Below, piece by piece: positions 1-10,031 of a DNA stretch of 64,000 bases. The position numbers and the translations under genes are program-made. Under the pieces are notes generated by a model that worked only from the letters and a program-made list of their open reading frames with translations, did not search any database and had not been told where the DNA came from. The stretch is taken from contig JAUCBJ010002800.1 of the NCBI GenBank assembly GCA_032718475.1, positions 1 through 64,000 of the forward strand. Reading direction: 5' to 3'. How positions within the stretch are numbered: the first letter of the stretch is position 1; each line of letters starts with the position of its first letter. Source of the stretch: Nemertoderma westbladi. Lineage: Eukaryota; Animalia; Xenacoelomorpha.

Positions 1-125
1 AATAGTTATTGATAACGTATTTACTGGGGCGATAGTTGCTTATTTTACAATAAAATATTGACTTTGTTGTGTTTACATTGTGTTCTGCCTCTTAACCTCA
101 CACGTTTGTTTACATCGGTTGCTAG

Positions 126-306
126 GTAGCAATAACTCGCGAAGTTCCGGTAAACGACGCGACCCGGTCGGCGAGGATTCCGTGAAGATGAAACAACTCG
201 ACGGCGGCGATTCCGAGTCCTACAAACAGGAGGTTGCCTGGCAACAGCGTAACTACAACGACCAACACGGCGTTCAGTTCCCGTACTACGAGGCTTCCCA
301 GAAGAG
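126..306 (+). CDS. Notch: Notch receptor, internal exon (post-RAM / NLS segment)
   Basis: Acceptor gctag|, donor |gtcagt. Encodes GKRRDPVGEDSVKMKQL, matching recalled NOTCH1 KKRREPLGEDSVGLKPL. Its phase-2 end joins the next exon to give KRFRM. Upstream exons lie outside the window. Confidence 0.9.
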
Positions 307-971
307 GTCAGTTGCTAATATATCGGCCAATCGGAATGCAGCACTGATCCGGCCGTCTCCTCTACGTTTGTTTATCATGAACTTCATATTAATGATAATA
401 ATTTATTTTATTTGTTGTTTCAAGTCACTTTTTTTTTATCGAAGTCGTTAACAAGTTTGACATAAAAAGAACACTTTTTATGTCAACCAACAAAAAGTAA
501 TGTTTCCATGACATTAATAATAATATTGCATTTAAATATAGATAATTTCTAATACTAGCTAGTTTTTGCTAAATTAGCTAACAATTTTGATAAATATTTC
601 TGTTCTAGAACGCATTTATTTTCTAGAACATTTTTTGGAAAAAAATACCAAACTACTGTCAGAAGGTCAAATATTTGTTCTAGAAAAAAAAACCTCATGA
701 TAAAAGCCTTTTATTTTAAAAAAAATTGGTCCAACACTGGGTACACAAGGTGTAGTAATTAATGCCCGTATTTCACTATGGAAGAAACTTCGATGGACGA
801 TATTTATGCTGAAATCGACCCAGATAAAAGTGAGAGAAGACTTACAACAATAATAAGGCAAAAAGTTATTATCTTGCTTTCTTATTTGTCTCGCCAAATA
901 ATAACGCTCGTCAAAAAAAGCCTACAATTTTTTGCCACCACTTAAATAGTTATTATTTTGTTTCCTTTTAG

Positions 972-1239
972 GTTCAGGATGGACAACGGCGACCCCGGGT
1001 TCTCCCAGGTCTCCCTGTCGTTGCCGTTGGATACCAACCAACGGATGTGGTCTCGCAGCCATCTGGAGGCCTTCAACCTGGCGCCCCCCAGCGGCGCCTA
1101 TCTGTCTCCCTACGATGTTAACGCCATGGGACCCACCGGTATCACGCCGTTGATGTTGGCTACTCGGTGCCATAACGAGCCCAGCGATGGTTACCATAGC
1201 AACGGCGCAGTCATTAACCTGTTACAGCAAGGAGCCCAG
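972..1239 (+). CDS. Notch: Notch receptor, exon (RAM-ANK linker and ankyrin repeat 1)
   Basis: Acceptor ttttag|, donor |gtatat. WSRSHLEA resembles Notch WTQQHLDA; DVNAMGPTGITPLMLA resembles DVNVRGPDGFTPLMIA. Confidence 0.92.
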
Positions 1240-1377
1240 GTATATACAGATAGGTTCACTTTATTACGGGGGCTAGTAGATATAAACCGCGAACTTTTTA
1301 GTTATGGTTCTTTAAAATATTATTAATAATAGATTTAATTAATATATTTCAGCTTTTTTAACTGATTATTTAATTAG

Positions 1378-1542
1378 GTCGATATGAGAGAGGAAGTAAA
1401 AGGTGAGACTGCGCTCCATCTAGCGGCCAGATACGGAAGGGCAGATCGCGCGCGGTTGTTGCTGGAAGGGGGCGCTGACCCAAACAGTCGGGATAATTCG
1501 GGGACCACGCCGCTACTAGCCGCAGTGCGGGCGGACGCGTTG
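1378..1542 (+). CDS. Notch: Notch receptor, exon (ankyrin repeats 2-3)
   Basis: Acceptor aattag|, donor |gttagt, phase 0/0. [47 protein letters not shown] is the Notch ANK2-3 signature. Confidence 0.95.
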
Positions 1543-1859
1543 GTTAGTGTTACTATAATGGTAATTTAAAACAAAGTTGTTTGTGGTAAGTCGCCTTGAG
1601 AAAGGTACTTTTTGTGTTAGCAGAGAAACTCGTAGCTATGGTAATGAAAAATTCCGGTTTCCCTAAGCGGTTGAGGTGACCTGTTGCTCTTGGGTTTCTG
1701 TGCTTCCCTACTGTAAGGCACTAAACGCAGGACCGTAGCAAGGCAAAGTTCAGTCTGGAGCGGACTAGAGAATATGTTCTTTGAATATGGGAGGTCTCTC
1801 TTCGCTCACAGAAGGAGGGAAATCCGATTTATAAGGGTATGGGCAGGGCATGGGCTTAC

Positions 1860-2360
1860 TTAGTTTAGGTATAATTGGCATACCGTTACCTACTTAGTTA
1901 GTTTCAGTATATTAGGCCTCCCAGTACTTACTTACTTTGTTTCAGTATAATAGGCCTACCGGTACTTACTTACTTTGTTTCAGTATAATAGGCCTAAACC
2001 GGTACTTACTTACTTTGTTTCAGTATAATAGCCCTACCGGTACTTACTTACTTTGTTTCAGTATAATAGGCCTACCGGTACTTACTTTGTTTCAGTATAA
2101 TAGGCCTACCGGTACTTACTTAGTTTGTTTCAGTATAATAGGCCTACCGGTACTTACTTACTTTGTTTCGGTATAATAGGCCTACCGGTACTTACTTAGT
2201 TTGTTTCAGTATAATAGGCCTACCGGTACTTACTTTGTTTCAGTATAATAGGCCTACCGGTACTTACTTAGTTTGTTTCAGTATAATAGGCCTACCGGTA
2301 CTTACTTACTTAGTTTAGTTTAATAGGCCTACCGGTATTTACTTACTTAGTTTCGGTAAT
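1860..2360. repeat. Intronic minisatellite, about 37-bp unit (33-39 bp variants), about 12 copies
   Basis: Tandem TTACTTTGTTTCAGTATAATAGGCCTACCGGTACTTAC with a variable number of CTTA subunits; degenerate at both edges. Confidence 0.92.
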
Positions 2361-2394
2361 AGACCGATATGATTTACGGTACTTTATTTTACAG

Positions 2395-2496
2395 GGTGTA
2401 TTCCAACTGTTAATGAGTGACCAACGGGTTGAGAGAGATGTTCGTAGTCAGGATGGCTCTACTGCAGTTATACTCTCTGCCAGATTAGCCCACGAT
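2395..2496 (+). CDS. Notch: Notch receptor, 102-bp exon (ankyrin repeats 3-4), absent from the ORF track
   Basis: Acceptor ttttacag|, donor |gtaagt. 34 codons, GVFQLLMSDQRVERDVRSQDGSTAVILSARLAHD, aligning without gaps to recalled NOTCH1 [34 protein letters not shown]. Confidence 0.93.
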
Positions 2497-2640
2497 GTAA
2501 GTAATTAACCCAAACCTATAAATATACTAAATATTAAAATTTGGTTATATTATTTAATTACCGGAATTAGCAATATATATTTTGAATGAACCTCCATTCT
2601 TCCTTCCTCTCATTTACGATTATTGCCCTTATTTTCCCAG

Positions 2641-2796
2641 GTAATGTTGAACGAACTACTTACCTGCAAGGCGGATATTTCCTGCTCCGACGAGGGTGGT
2701 AAAACTGCCTTGCATTACGCAGCGGCTGTAAATAACGTATACGCCGTCAACCTATTGCTGCAACACGGAGCCAATAAAGATTCCCAAAACATTACG
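2641..2796 (+). CDS. Notch: Notch receptor, exon (ankyrin repeats 4-5)
   Basis: Acceptor ttttcccag|, donor |gtaagt. GKTALHYAAAVNNVYAVNLLLQHGANKDSQN resembles GKSALHWAAAVNNV...GANKDMQN. Confidence 0.95.
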
Positions 2797-2929
2797 GTAA
2801 GTCATTCATATAAGAAAAAACATAATCACTCATCATAGTTTTAGGTCTTTAAATTCACGATTACATTATACGGATCTTCTTAACCTGGAAAGTTTAACAG
2901 GGGGAATCTGCTTTGTTTGTGTTTAACAG

Positions 2930-3158
2930 GGGGAAACTGCTTTATTTATGGCCGCCAAAGATGGTTCCTTTGAATCGGCAAAGATCCTAATTGACAGCGG
3001 GGCCAACCGGGACATCCAGGACTACATGGAGCGGACCCCACGGGACATAGCCGCTGAGAGACAACACGCCGATATCGTTGGTCTGTGTGAGGGCTACAAG
3101 CTACTCAAGTGTCCGCCGGTCACCCCAAATAATATCAACAATGCGCTAAATGCGTTAG
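2930..3158 (+). CDS. Notch: Notch receptor, exon (ankyrin repeats 6-7)
   Basis: Acceptor gtttaacag| (second of two tandem copies), donor |gtgagt, phase 1. Encodes GETALFMAAKDGSFESAKILIDSGANRDIQDYMERTPRDIAAERQHADIVGL. Confidence 0.94.
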
Positions 3159-3286
3159 GTGAGTTCGATAATATTGTTGAATATTGAATATTGTTGTATT
3201 AAATTGTATAACCTAATTTATTGTTATTCGATTTACTTATTTTAATAGTTATTTTCCATCAATTATCACCCGACTATTTGTTTCAG

Positions 3287-3625
3287 GCGGTTCCGATCAT
3301 TTCCTGACCAATGGGAACCGAGTCGCTCAGAGTAAACCAATGAGAAAGAAGCGCGTCGGTACCAGCATGACGAAGGCGGTGCTGAAAGCGAACAGCTGCG
3401 CGTTCCGGGGCAGCTGCGGGGGGTCCAGCTCGGACAGCTGCAGCAATAAGCGCGCGGTCTTGGTGGGGGCGGACGGCCGGAGTAGTCCGGACTCCAGCTG
3501 CTACTGTGGGGGCGGGGAATCCTCCCCCAATGTTTCCTCTTGCGTTAACAACGGCTCCTCCGCTCCCACCGGAAGCTCTGGGAGTCTCTGGTTCAATCGG
3601 AGCGCCAACGACACTATCTCTACTG
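3287..3625 (+). CDS. Notch: Notch receptor, exon (post-ANK basic NLS and Ser/Gly-rich region)
   Basis: Acceptor tttcag|, donor |gttggt; phases 1/1 fit both neighbours. Basic cluster KPMRKKR sits where Notch NLS2 is expected. The donor is the weakest of the set. Confidence 0.8.
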
Positions 3626-3817
3626 GTTGGTATAATAACCTATTGTTATCACGTTGAACGCCAGGCTTAGACAATCCGTCGGTACTAGGTTCGACCCCCG
3701 CCAAGGTCCATTCAGCCTTTCATTCACTGGGGTTGATTAAATGATGACCATCGAGTAGAATTACTGGGAGCGAAACTTTGGGATGTAGTTTTATAAGTAA
3801 TAATGTGTTTGTTGCAG

Positions 3818-5013
3818 GTAGTTGCGGTTCTTTCGATTCGGGACCGGGTACTGGTTCGAGTCTCCAATCGGCGGGCTGTTTGAGTAGCCACCGCGCGAGC
3901 AGCGGGTACCGCACCGCGTCCAACGCAACCGAACCCAGGGTCCCGCCGACAACCAATCCCGGGGTCCTAGCAGCCAACCCGGGCTCCCTAGCAGCCAACC
4001 CGGGCTCCCTAGCAGCCAACCCGGGCTCCCTAGCAGCCAAGCCGGGCTCCCTAGCAGCCAAGCCGGGCTCCCTAGCAGCCAACCCGGGCTCCCTAACAGC
4101 CAACCCGGGCTCCCTAGCAGCCAACCCGGGCTCCCTAGCAGCCAACCATCCCCCATCGAACCTTGCCATGGTTACGCTCGGCCCCAACCCCAATCGGAGC
4201 CCGTTGCGGGGCAACCTGGCCCCGACCACGGCGGCCAACCTGTTCAGCCCCCCGACGACGACCAACGGCCTCCTCCCCCACAACCATCTCTCCCCCCCGG
4301 ATTCGAACCCGTGCCTGCTGGGCCGCAGTCCGGAGTGCGGCGGCGGCGGCCCGGAGTCGCTGATCCCCGCGTCCGCCGGGTTCCGGCCGCCCCAGCGGTG
4401 GGCGCCGGTGGGCGAGGCCGTCGGACGCGGCACCGCCGCCCGACTAAACGGTTTCCAAGACAACAACGACGCGAGTTCTCGGAACGAACTTCCGGACGAC
4501 CTCAAGGACTTGGCCATGGTGAACTTCGAGAAGGACTTTCCGTGTTCGCGAGGCGACCTCGACAACATGGTGGTCGGAGTTCTCGACTCCGACTTCGGGG
4601 CGATTCCGGACGAGTCAGTTCGGCTCCGGGGCGTTGGAGCCAGCCCGCCGTGCAACCCCCTCGGTTGCCAGGCAACCTCATCCAACTTGCAGTTCCCCAC
4701 GCCCCCTAGCCAGCACGGCAGGAACTCGTTGTCGGGGCAACCGGGACTCGTGACTCAGCGTTTCCCCGACAACATGTTGACTCCCTCCCCGGAGGACAGC
4801 GGCGAGTCCACCGGCCATTGGAACTCCTCGCCCTCGCCGCCCCACAGCGATTGGTCCGCGGCAGAGAGCCCCCGCTATCAGCAGCAATATCTGCGGCAAC
4901 AGCAGCAACTCCACGCCTTCAGCAAACCCAGCAACTCGTGGCATCAGCAATCATTGCCAATGACGTCACTAAACCACCAACAAAGAAATCAGCACCCGGC
5001 CGTGTACTTATGA
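3818..5013 (+). CDS. Notch: Notch receptor, terminal exon (TAD, PEST)
   Basis: Acceptor gttgcag|. Contains FPTPPSQH, LTPSPE and WNSSPSPPHSDWS (Notch PEST motifs), a Q-rich stretch and C-terminal AVYL before TGA. Confidence 0.93.
3955..4146 (+). repeat. Coding minisatellite, 21 bp x 9 (NPGSLAA heptads) in the Notch terminal exon
   Basis: Tandem AACCCGGGCTCCCTAGCAGCC, near-identical at the DNA level including third codon positions. Confidence 0.95.
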
Positions 5014-5276
5014 ACCTACAATAATTATTGACCTAGCGGTCAGTGACCCACCTCAGTGCAACGAAATCTATGTCCGTAACATATTATATTATTTTTACTT
5101 TGTTTGTTCTCGTGGAATTACCGTCAGAAGACGAATTCTAACTATTTACTACGGGAAATGCTTTTACATTATCGAAACTTGTGCGTTATGTTGTGAAATA
5201 TATAAATTCATATAAAGTTTCTGTTTTATTAGCTTTATAATGCGTGTTAACTGTTATACGAGTTAATGTAGATGAT

Positions 5277-7595
5277 AAGTTAGTGTGTATGTATCTGAGT
5301 TAAAGAGTATGTGACTGAATTAATGAGTATGTATCTGAGTTAATGAGTATGTGACTGAATTAATGAGTATGTATCTGAGTTAATGAGTATGTGAGTGAGT
5401 TAATGAGGATGTGAGTGAGTTAATGAGTATGTGACTGAGTTAATGAGTATGTATCTGAGTTAATGAGTATGTGACTGAATTAATGAGTATGTATCTGAGT
5501 TAATGAGTATGTGAGTGAGTTAATGAGGATGTGAGTGAGTTAATGAGTATGTGACTGAGTTAATGAGTATGTGACTGAGTTAATGAGTATGTATCTGAGT
5601 TAATGAGTATGTGAGTGAGTTAATGAGTATGTATCTGAGTTAAAGAGTATGTGACTGAATTAATGAGTATGTATCTGAGTTAATGAGTATGTGAGTGAGT
5701 TAATGAGTATGTATCTGAGTTAAAGAGTATGTGACTGAATTAATGAGTATGTATCTGAGTTAATGAGTATGTGAGTGAGTTAATGAGTATGTATCTGAGT
5801 TAAAGAGTATGTGACTGAATTAATGAGTATGTATCTGAGTTAATGAGTATGTGACTGAATTAATGAGTATGTATCTGAGTTAATGAGTATGTGAGTGAGT
5901 TAATGAGGATGTGAGTGAGTTAATGAGTATGTGACTGAGTTAATGAGTATGTGACTGAGTTAATGAGTATGTATCTGAGTTAATGAGTATGTGAGTGAGT
6001 TAATGAGTATGTATCTGAGTTAAAGAGTATGTGACTGAATTAATGAGTATGTATCTGAGTTAATGAGTATGTGACTGAATTAATGAGTATGTATCTGAGT
6101 TAATGAGTATGTGACTGAATTAATGAGTATGTATCTGAGTTAAAGAGTATGTGACTGAATTAATGAGTATGTATCTGAGTTAATGAGTATGTGACTGAAT
6201 TAATGAGTATGTATCTGAGTTAATGAGTATGTGAGTGAGTTAATGAGGATGTGAGTGAGTTAATGAGTATGTGACTGAGTTAATGAGTATGTGACTGAGT
6301 TAATGAGTATGTATCTGAGTTAATGAGTATGTGAGTGAGTTAATGAGTATGTATCTGAGTTAAAGAGTATGTGACTGAATTAATGAGTATGTATCTGAGT
6401 TAATGAGTATGTGACTGAATTAATGAGTATGTATCTGAGTTAATGAGTATGTGACTGAATTAATGAGTATGTATCTGAGTTAATGAGTATGTGAGTGAGT
6501 TAATGAGTATGTATCTGAGTTAATGAATATGTGAGTGAGTTAATTAGTATGTGACTGAGTTAATGAGGATGTGAGTGAGTTAATGAGTATGTGACTTGAG
6601 TTAATGAGTATGTGACTGAGTTAATGAGTATGTATCTGAGTTAATGAGTATGTGAGTGAGTTAATGAGTATGTATCTGAGTTAATGAGTATGTGAGTGAG
6701 TTAATTAGTATGTGACTTAGTTAATAAGGATGTGAGTGAGTTAATGAGTATGTGACTGAGTTAATGAGGATGTGAGTGAGTTAATGAGTATGTGACTGAG
6801 TTAATGAGGATGTGAGTGAGTTAATGAGTATGTATCTGAGTTAATGAGTATGTGACTGAGTTAATGAGTATGTGAGTGAATTAATGAGTATGTGACTGAG
6901 TTAATGAGTATGTGACTGAGTTAATGAGGATGTGACTGAGTTAATGAGTATGTGAGTGAGTTAATTAGTATGTGACTGAGTTAATGAGTATGTGAGTGAG
7001 TTAATGAGTTAATGAGGATGTGACTGAGGTAATGAGTATGTGACTGAGTTAATGAGTATGTGACTGAGTTAATGAGTATGTGAGTGAGTTAATGAGGATG
7101 TGACTGAGTTAATGATGATGTGACTGAGTTAATGAGTATGTGACTGATTTAATGAGTATGTGACTGAGTTAATGAGTATGTGAGTGAGTTAATGAGTATG
7201 TGACTGAGTTAATGAGGATGTGAGTGAGTTAATGAGTATGTATCTGAGTTAATGAGGATGTGACTGAGTTAATGAGTATGTGAGTGAGTTAATGAGTATG
7301 TGACTGAGTTAATGAGGATGTGAGTGAGTTAATGAGTATGTGACTGAGTTAATAAGGATGTGAGTGAGTTAATGAGTATGTGACTGAGTTAATGAGTATG
7401 TGAGTAAATTAATGAGTATGTGACTGAGTTAATGAGTATGTGACTGAGTTAATGAGGATGTGACTGAGTTAATGAGTATGTGAGTGAGTTAATTAGTATG
7501 TCACTGAGTTAATGAGTATGTGAGTGAGTTAATGAGGATGTGACTGAGTTAATGAGTATGTGACTGAGTTAATGAGTATGTGACTCTGTTAATGT
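5277..7595. repeat. 20-bp tandem satellite, about 115 copies
   Basis: Unit GAGTTAATGAGTATGTGACT with GTATCT, GTGAGT and GAGGAT variants; clear 20-bp register in the printed lines. Confidence 0.97.
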
Positions 7596-8291
7596 GCATT
7601 TCTTCAATTTGTTTTTGTTTATCGCCCCTAGTGATGTGCTGAAGTCTAGAATTGATGGTCGTGCCTTTGACACCCTTCGTTATTTTTTGTTAAAAATTTT
7701 TAGTTTTTTTGCAGCTTTTCTATAGTTGTTACCTAATTATGTAAGTTAATAATTGTTTTAAAGGTTGTTTTTCCATGTTTAACGTTTTTTTATACCTAGG
7801 ATACAGCCGCTATTGAATCCGCACTGTAAGGATATTACTGTACAATACTAACTGACTATAAAGCAATTTGGAGCTGTATAATAATGTTATTGTATATATT
7901 GACTACACTGTACTAATAATTTAATTATGTACATTTTAAGTGTAAATCATTGTTTGAAGTCACTAGTGTCACCCACACTAAATAATGTACCGACTAAGTA
8001 ATTTGATTCCGCGCTAAACACCTATTATTATTATACTAATAGAATGTAAAGATATCCTTATGCTGTATATTTTTGGCTCACATTTTGTATATATTTACAT
8101 TAAATTATTAGTAAAGGTATTCTTTTAATTTAGCTTTTACCGAAAGCTTATATTGCTTAGTTTCTAATAATGTGTTTATTTTGATCATTTTAATTGTGTT
8201 TGGGGTTCGTTGTTGGATGAACCTGCCAACCAGTATTGAGTTTGCGTGCAATATTAAGTACAGAAAAAGTAATCCGTGCCCATTTTGGAAT

Positions 8292-8297
8292 AATAAA
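8292..8297 (+). promoter_or_regulatory. Candidate polyadenylation signal of Notch (AATAAA)
   Basis: First canonical AATAAA I could find after the Notch stop, followed by T-rich and TGTGTGT sequence. ATTAAA near 8099 and AATAAA near 8572 are alternatives. Confidence 0.4.
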
Positions 8298-8659
8298 TCA
8301 TTTTTATTATAATTATTGTGTGTAATAGAGCTGCCTACCTAATCTTTGCAAACCAATTTATAATAATATGCTACATAGGCCAGTTAATGTTTAGAAACCC
8401 CGACTTTCACTTAGCTCACGCCACCTATACTGTAGGCCGATATTCGTAACAGTGCCAAATAACACGAATTAATAATCTCCCATTTCCGATATAATTTGTA
8501 GAGTTTTTATCGTTGGCTATCACATTTAATTATTATAATCACTGATTTAGCTGTTTCGTTTCAATTGTTTCAATAAATATATCGATTGCTTAATTACAAA
8601 ACCTCTTAACATTTTAAACAACCTAGGCATAGGGGACACCTAGGCATAGGGGACACATA

Positions 8660-9107
8660 TTTTCGTGGAATCTTATTGATCTCGATTGCTGCAAAGCTAT
8701 ACAATAGGATTCTATTAAATCGCATCAGGGATCCCATTGAGAGACTGCTCCGTAGAAATCAGAATGGGTTCCGTAAAGGTCGTGGGACCATGGAGCCCAT
8801 TTTGGCACTTAGAAGGATAATTGAAGAGTTATCAAAAAAGAAAGTCAGGCATCTGGCTGTTATCTTTGTTGACTTCTTCAAGGCCTTTGATTCAGTCTCT
8901 TTCTTTCATTATATGGGATTCCTGATGAAATTATTGTATCTATCAGATCACTGTACTATGGTTCCACCACATTTTGTGTCTACTGCTGATGTTGAATGTT
9001 GACACAGATCCATTTAAAGTCTTATATGTCAGTCCTTCAGGGTGACACACTTGCACCATTCTTATTTATAATTGTTGATTATGTTCTACGTATGTCGTTA
9101 GACCATC
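8660..9107 (+). mobile_element. Non-LTR retrotransposon (RTE-like LINE) reverse transcriptase fragment, decayed
   Basis: ISIAAKLYNRILLNRI, QNGFRKGR, IFVDFFKAFDSV, then after frameshifts VLQGDTLAPFLF. Same family as the minus-strand copy downstream. Confidence 0.9.
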
Positions 9108-9349
9108 TTAAGAAGGGGGGGGGGGGGGGGGGGTAGCCTCCGTTCGCTAAGTTTCAGAAATTTGTTTTTTATTGCGTCTAGAGAATAAGTTAACGGGGAT
9201 TTCTAATCTTTTAGTTCTCGAGTTATCGTGGAATATCTGTCTGTCAAAATGTAAGACATAGGCCTACAGACAGCTAAATTCCATCAATAATATTGAAATC
9301 GGAAATGAAATCAGCGACCCCGAAAACCCCCATAAATATAATTTTAGCT

Positions 9350-9452
9350 CGGAGGTGTGCTTCCTTCATGTCAGACACTATTAACCAACCTGACCACATC
9401 ACATCGGTGGTGTGCTTCCTCCATGTCAAACACTATTAACCAACCTGTCCAC
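9350..9452. repeat. Two-copy tandem duplication, 55-bp period
   Basis: CGG(A/T)GGTGTGCTTCCT(T/C)CATGTCA(G/A)ACACTATTAACCAACCTG(A/T)CCAC at 9350 and 9405. Confidence 0.85.
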
Positions 9453-10031
9453 TTACAGTTTTGCGCAGGAAGGTTTGAACTTTGAAGGCTCAGAATAAAT
9501 TTTTTCACACGTAAAATGATACTCCTCCCTCCGCCATTTCTTAACCGTTTTTTGCAATTTTTGCTTTATATGTTTATGAAGGTAATTTCATAAGCTTCAA
9601 TAAATTTCACGCACTTCTCTTAATTTAATTATATTTCCCCATTTCTTGAATAAAAATTACAAAAACACATTCAGTTTTTAAAAAAATTTGAATTTTTTTT
9701 TACAAAATTGCCAATTATTATCAGAAGTAGAAAACGAAACTAAAAAAAGTGCGTGAAAAATTTGATGAAAATGAACATGTTGGTTCCAAAAATGTGTTAT
9801 CGTAAAATACAAATGGAAAATAACGGAGTAGCCTTTTGAATTAAATCTATTATCATCATAAAGTATAATTAATTAATTATCACCTTTCGCTGATGGCTCG
9901 CAGCTTTGTATCGCTTGCCCCACAGTATGTCATTCCATCCCGTTATATATTTATCTACCTTTTATCTATTTTTAGCAATTAATTAGTACCGGAATTATTT
10001 ATATATTTTACTTACTACTGCGTTTACTGAA

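Noticed and set aside
1937-2176. 79-aa repetitive ORF in a Notch intron
   Set aside because: Translation of the 37-bp minisatellite; it does not fit the exon chain.
3720-4950. Antisense and alternative-frame ORFs over the Notch terminal exon
   Set aside because: Shadows of GC-rich coding sequence and the 21-bp repeat; no independent motifs.
5277-7595. Telomeric repeat or CSL-binding autoregulatory array
   Set aside because: The unit is a 20-mer without TTAGGG or TTAGG and without the CSL site (C/T)GTG(G/A)GAA.
9108-10030. Possible DNA-transposon or HINE remnant (poly-G, GTTCTCGAGTTATC, AATCAGCGACCCCGAAAACCCC)
   Set aside because: The motifs look like common invertebrate repeat fragments, but I could not define termini or a TSD, so no element is called.
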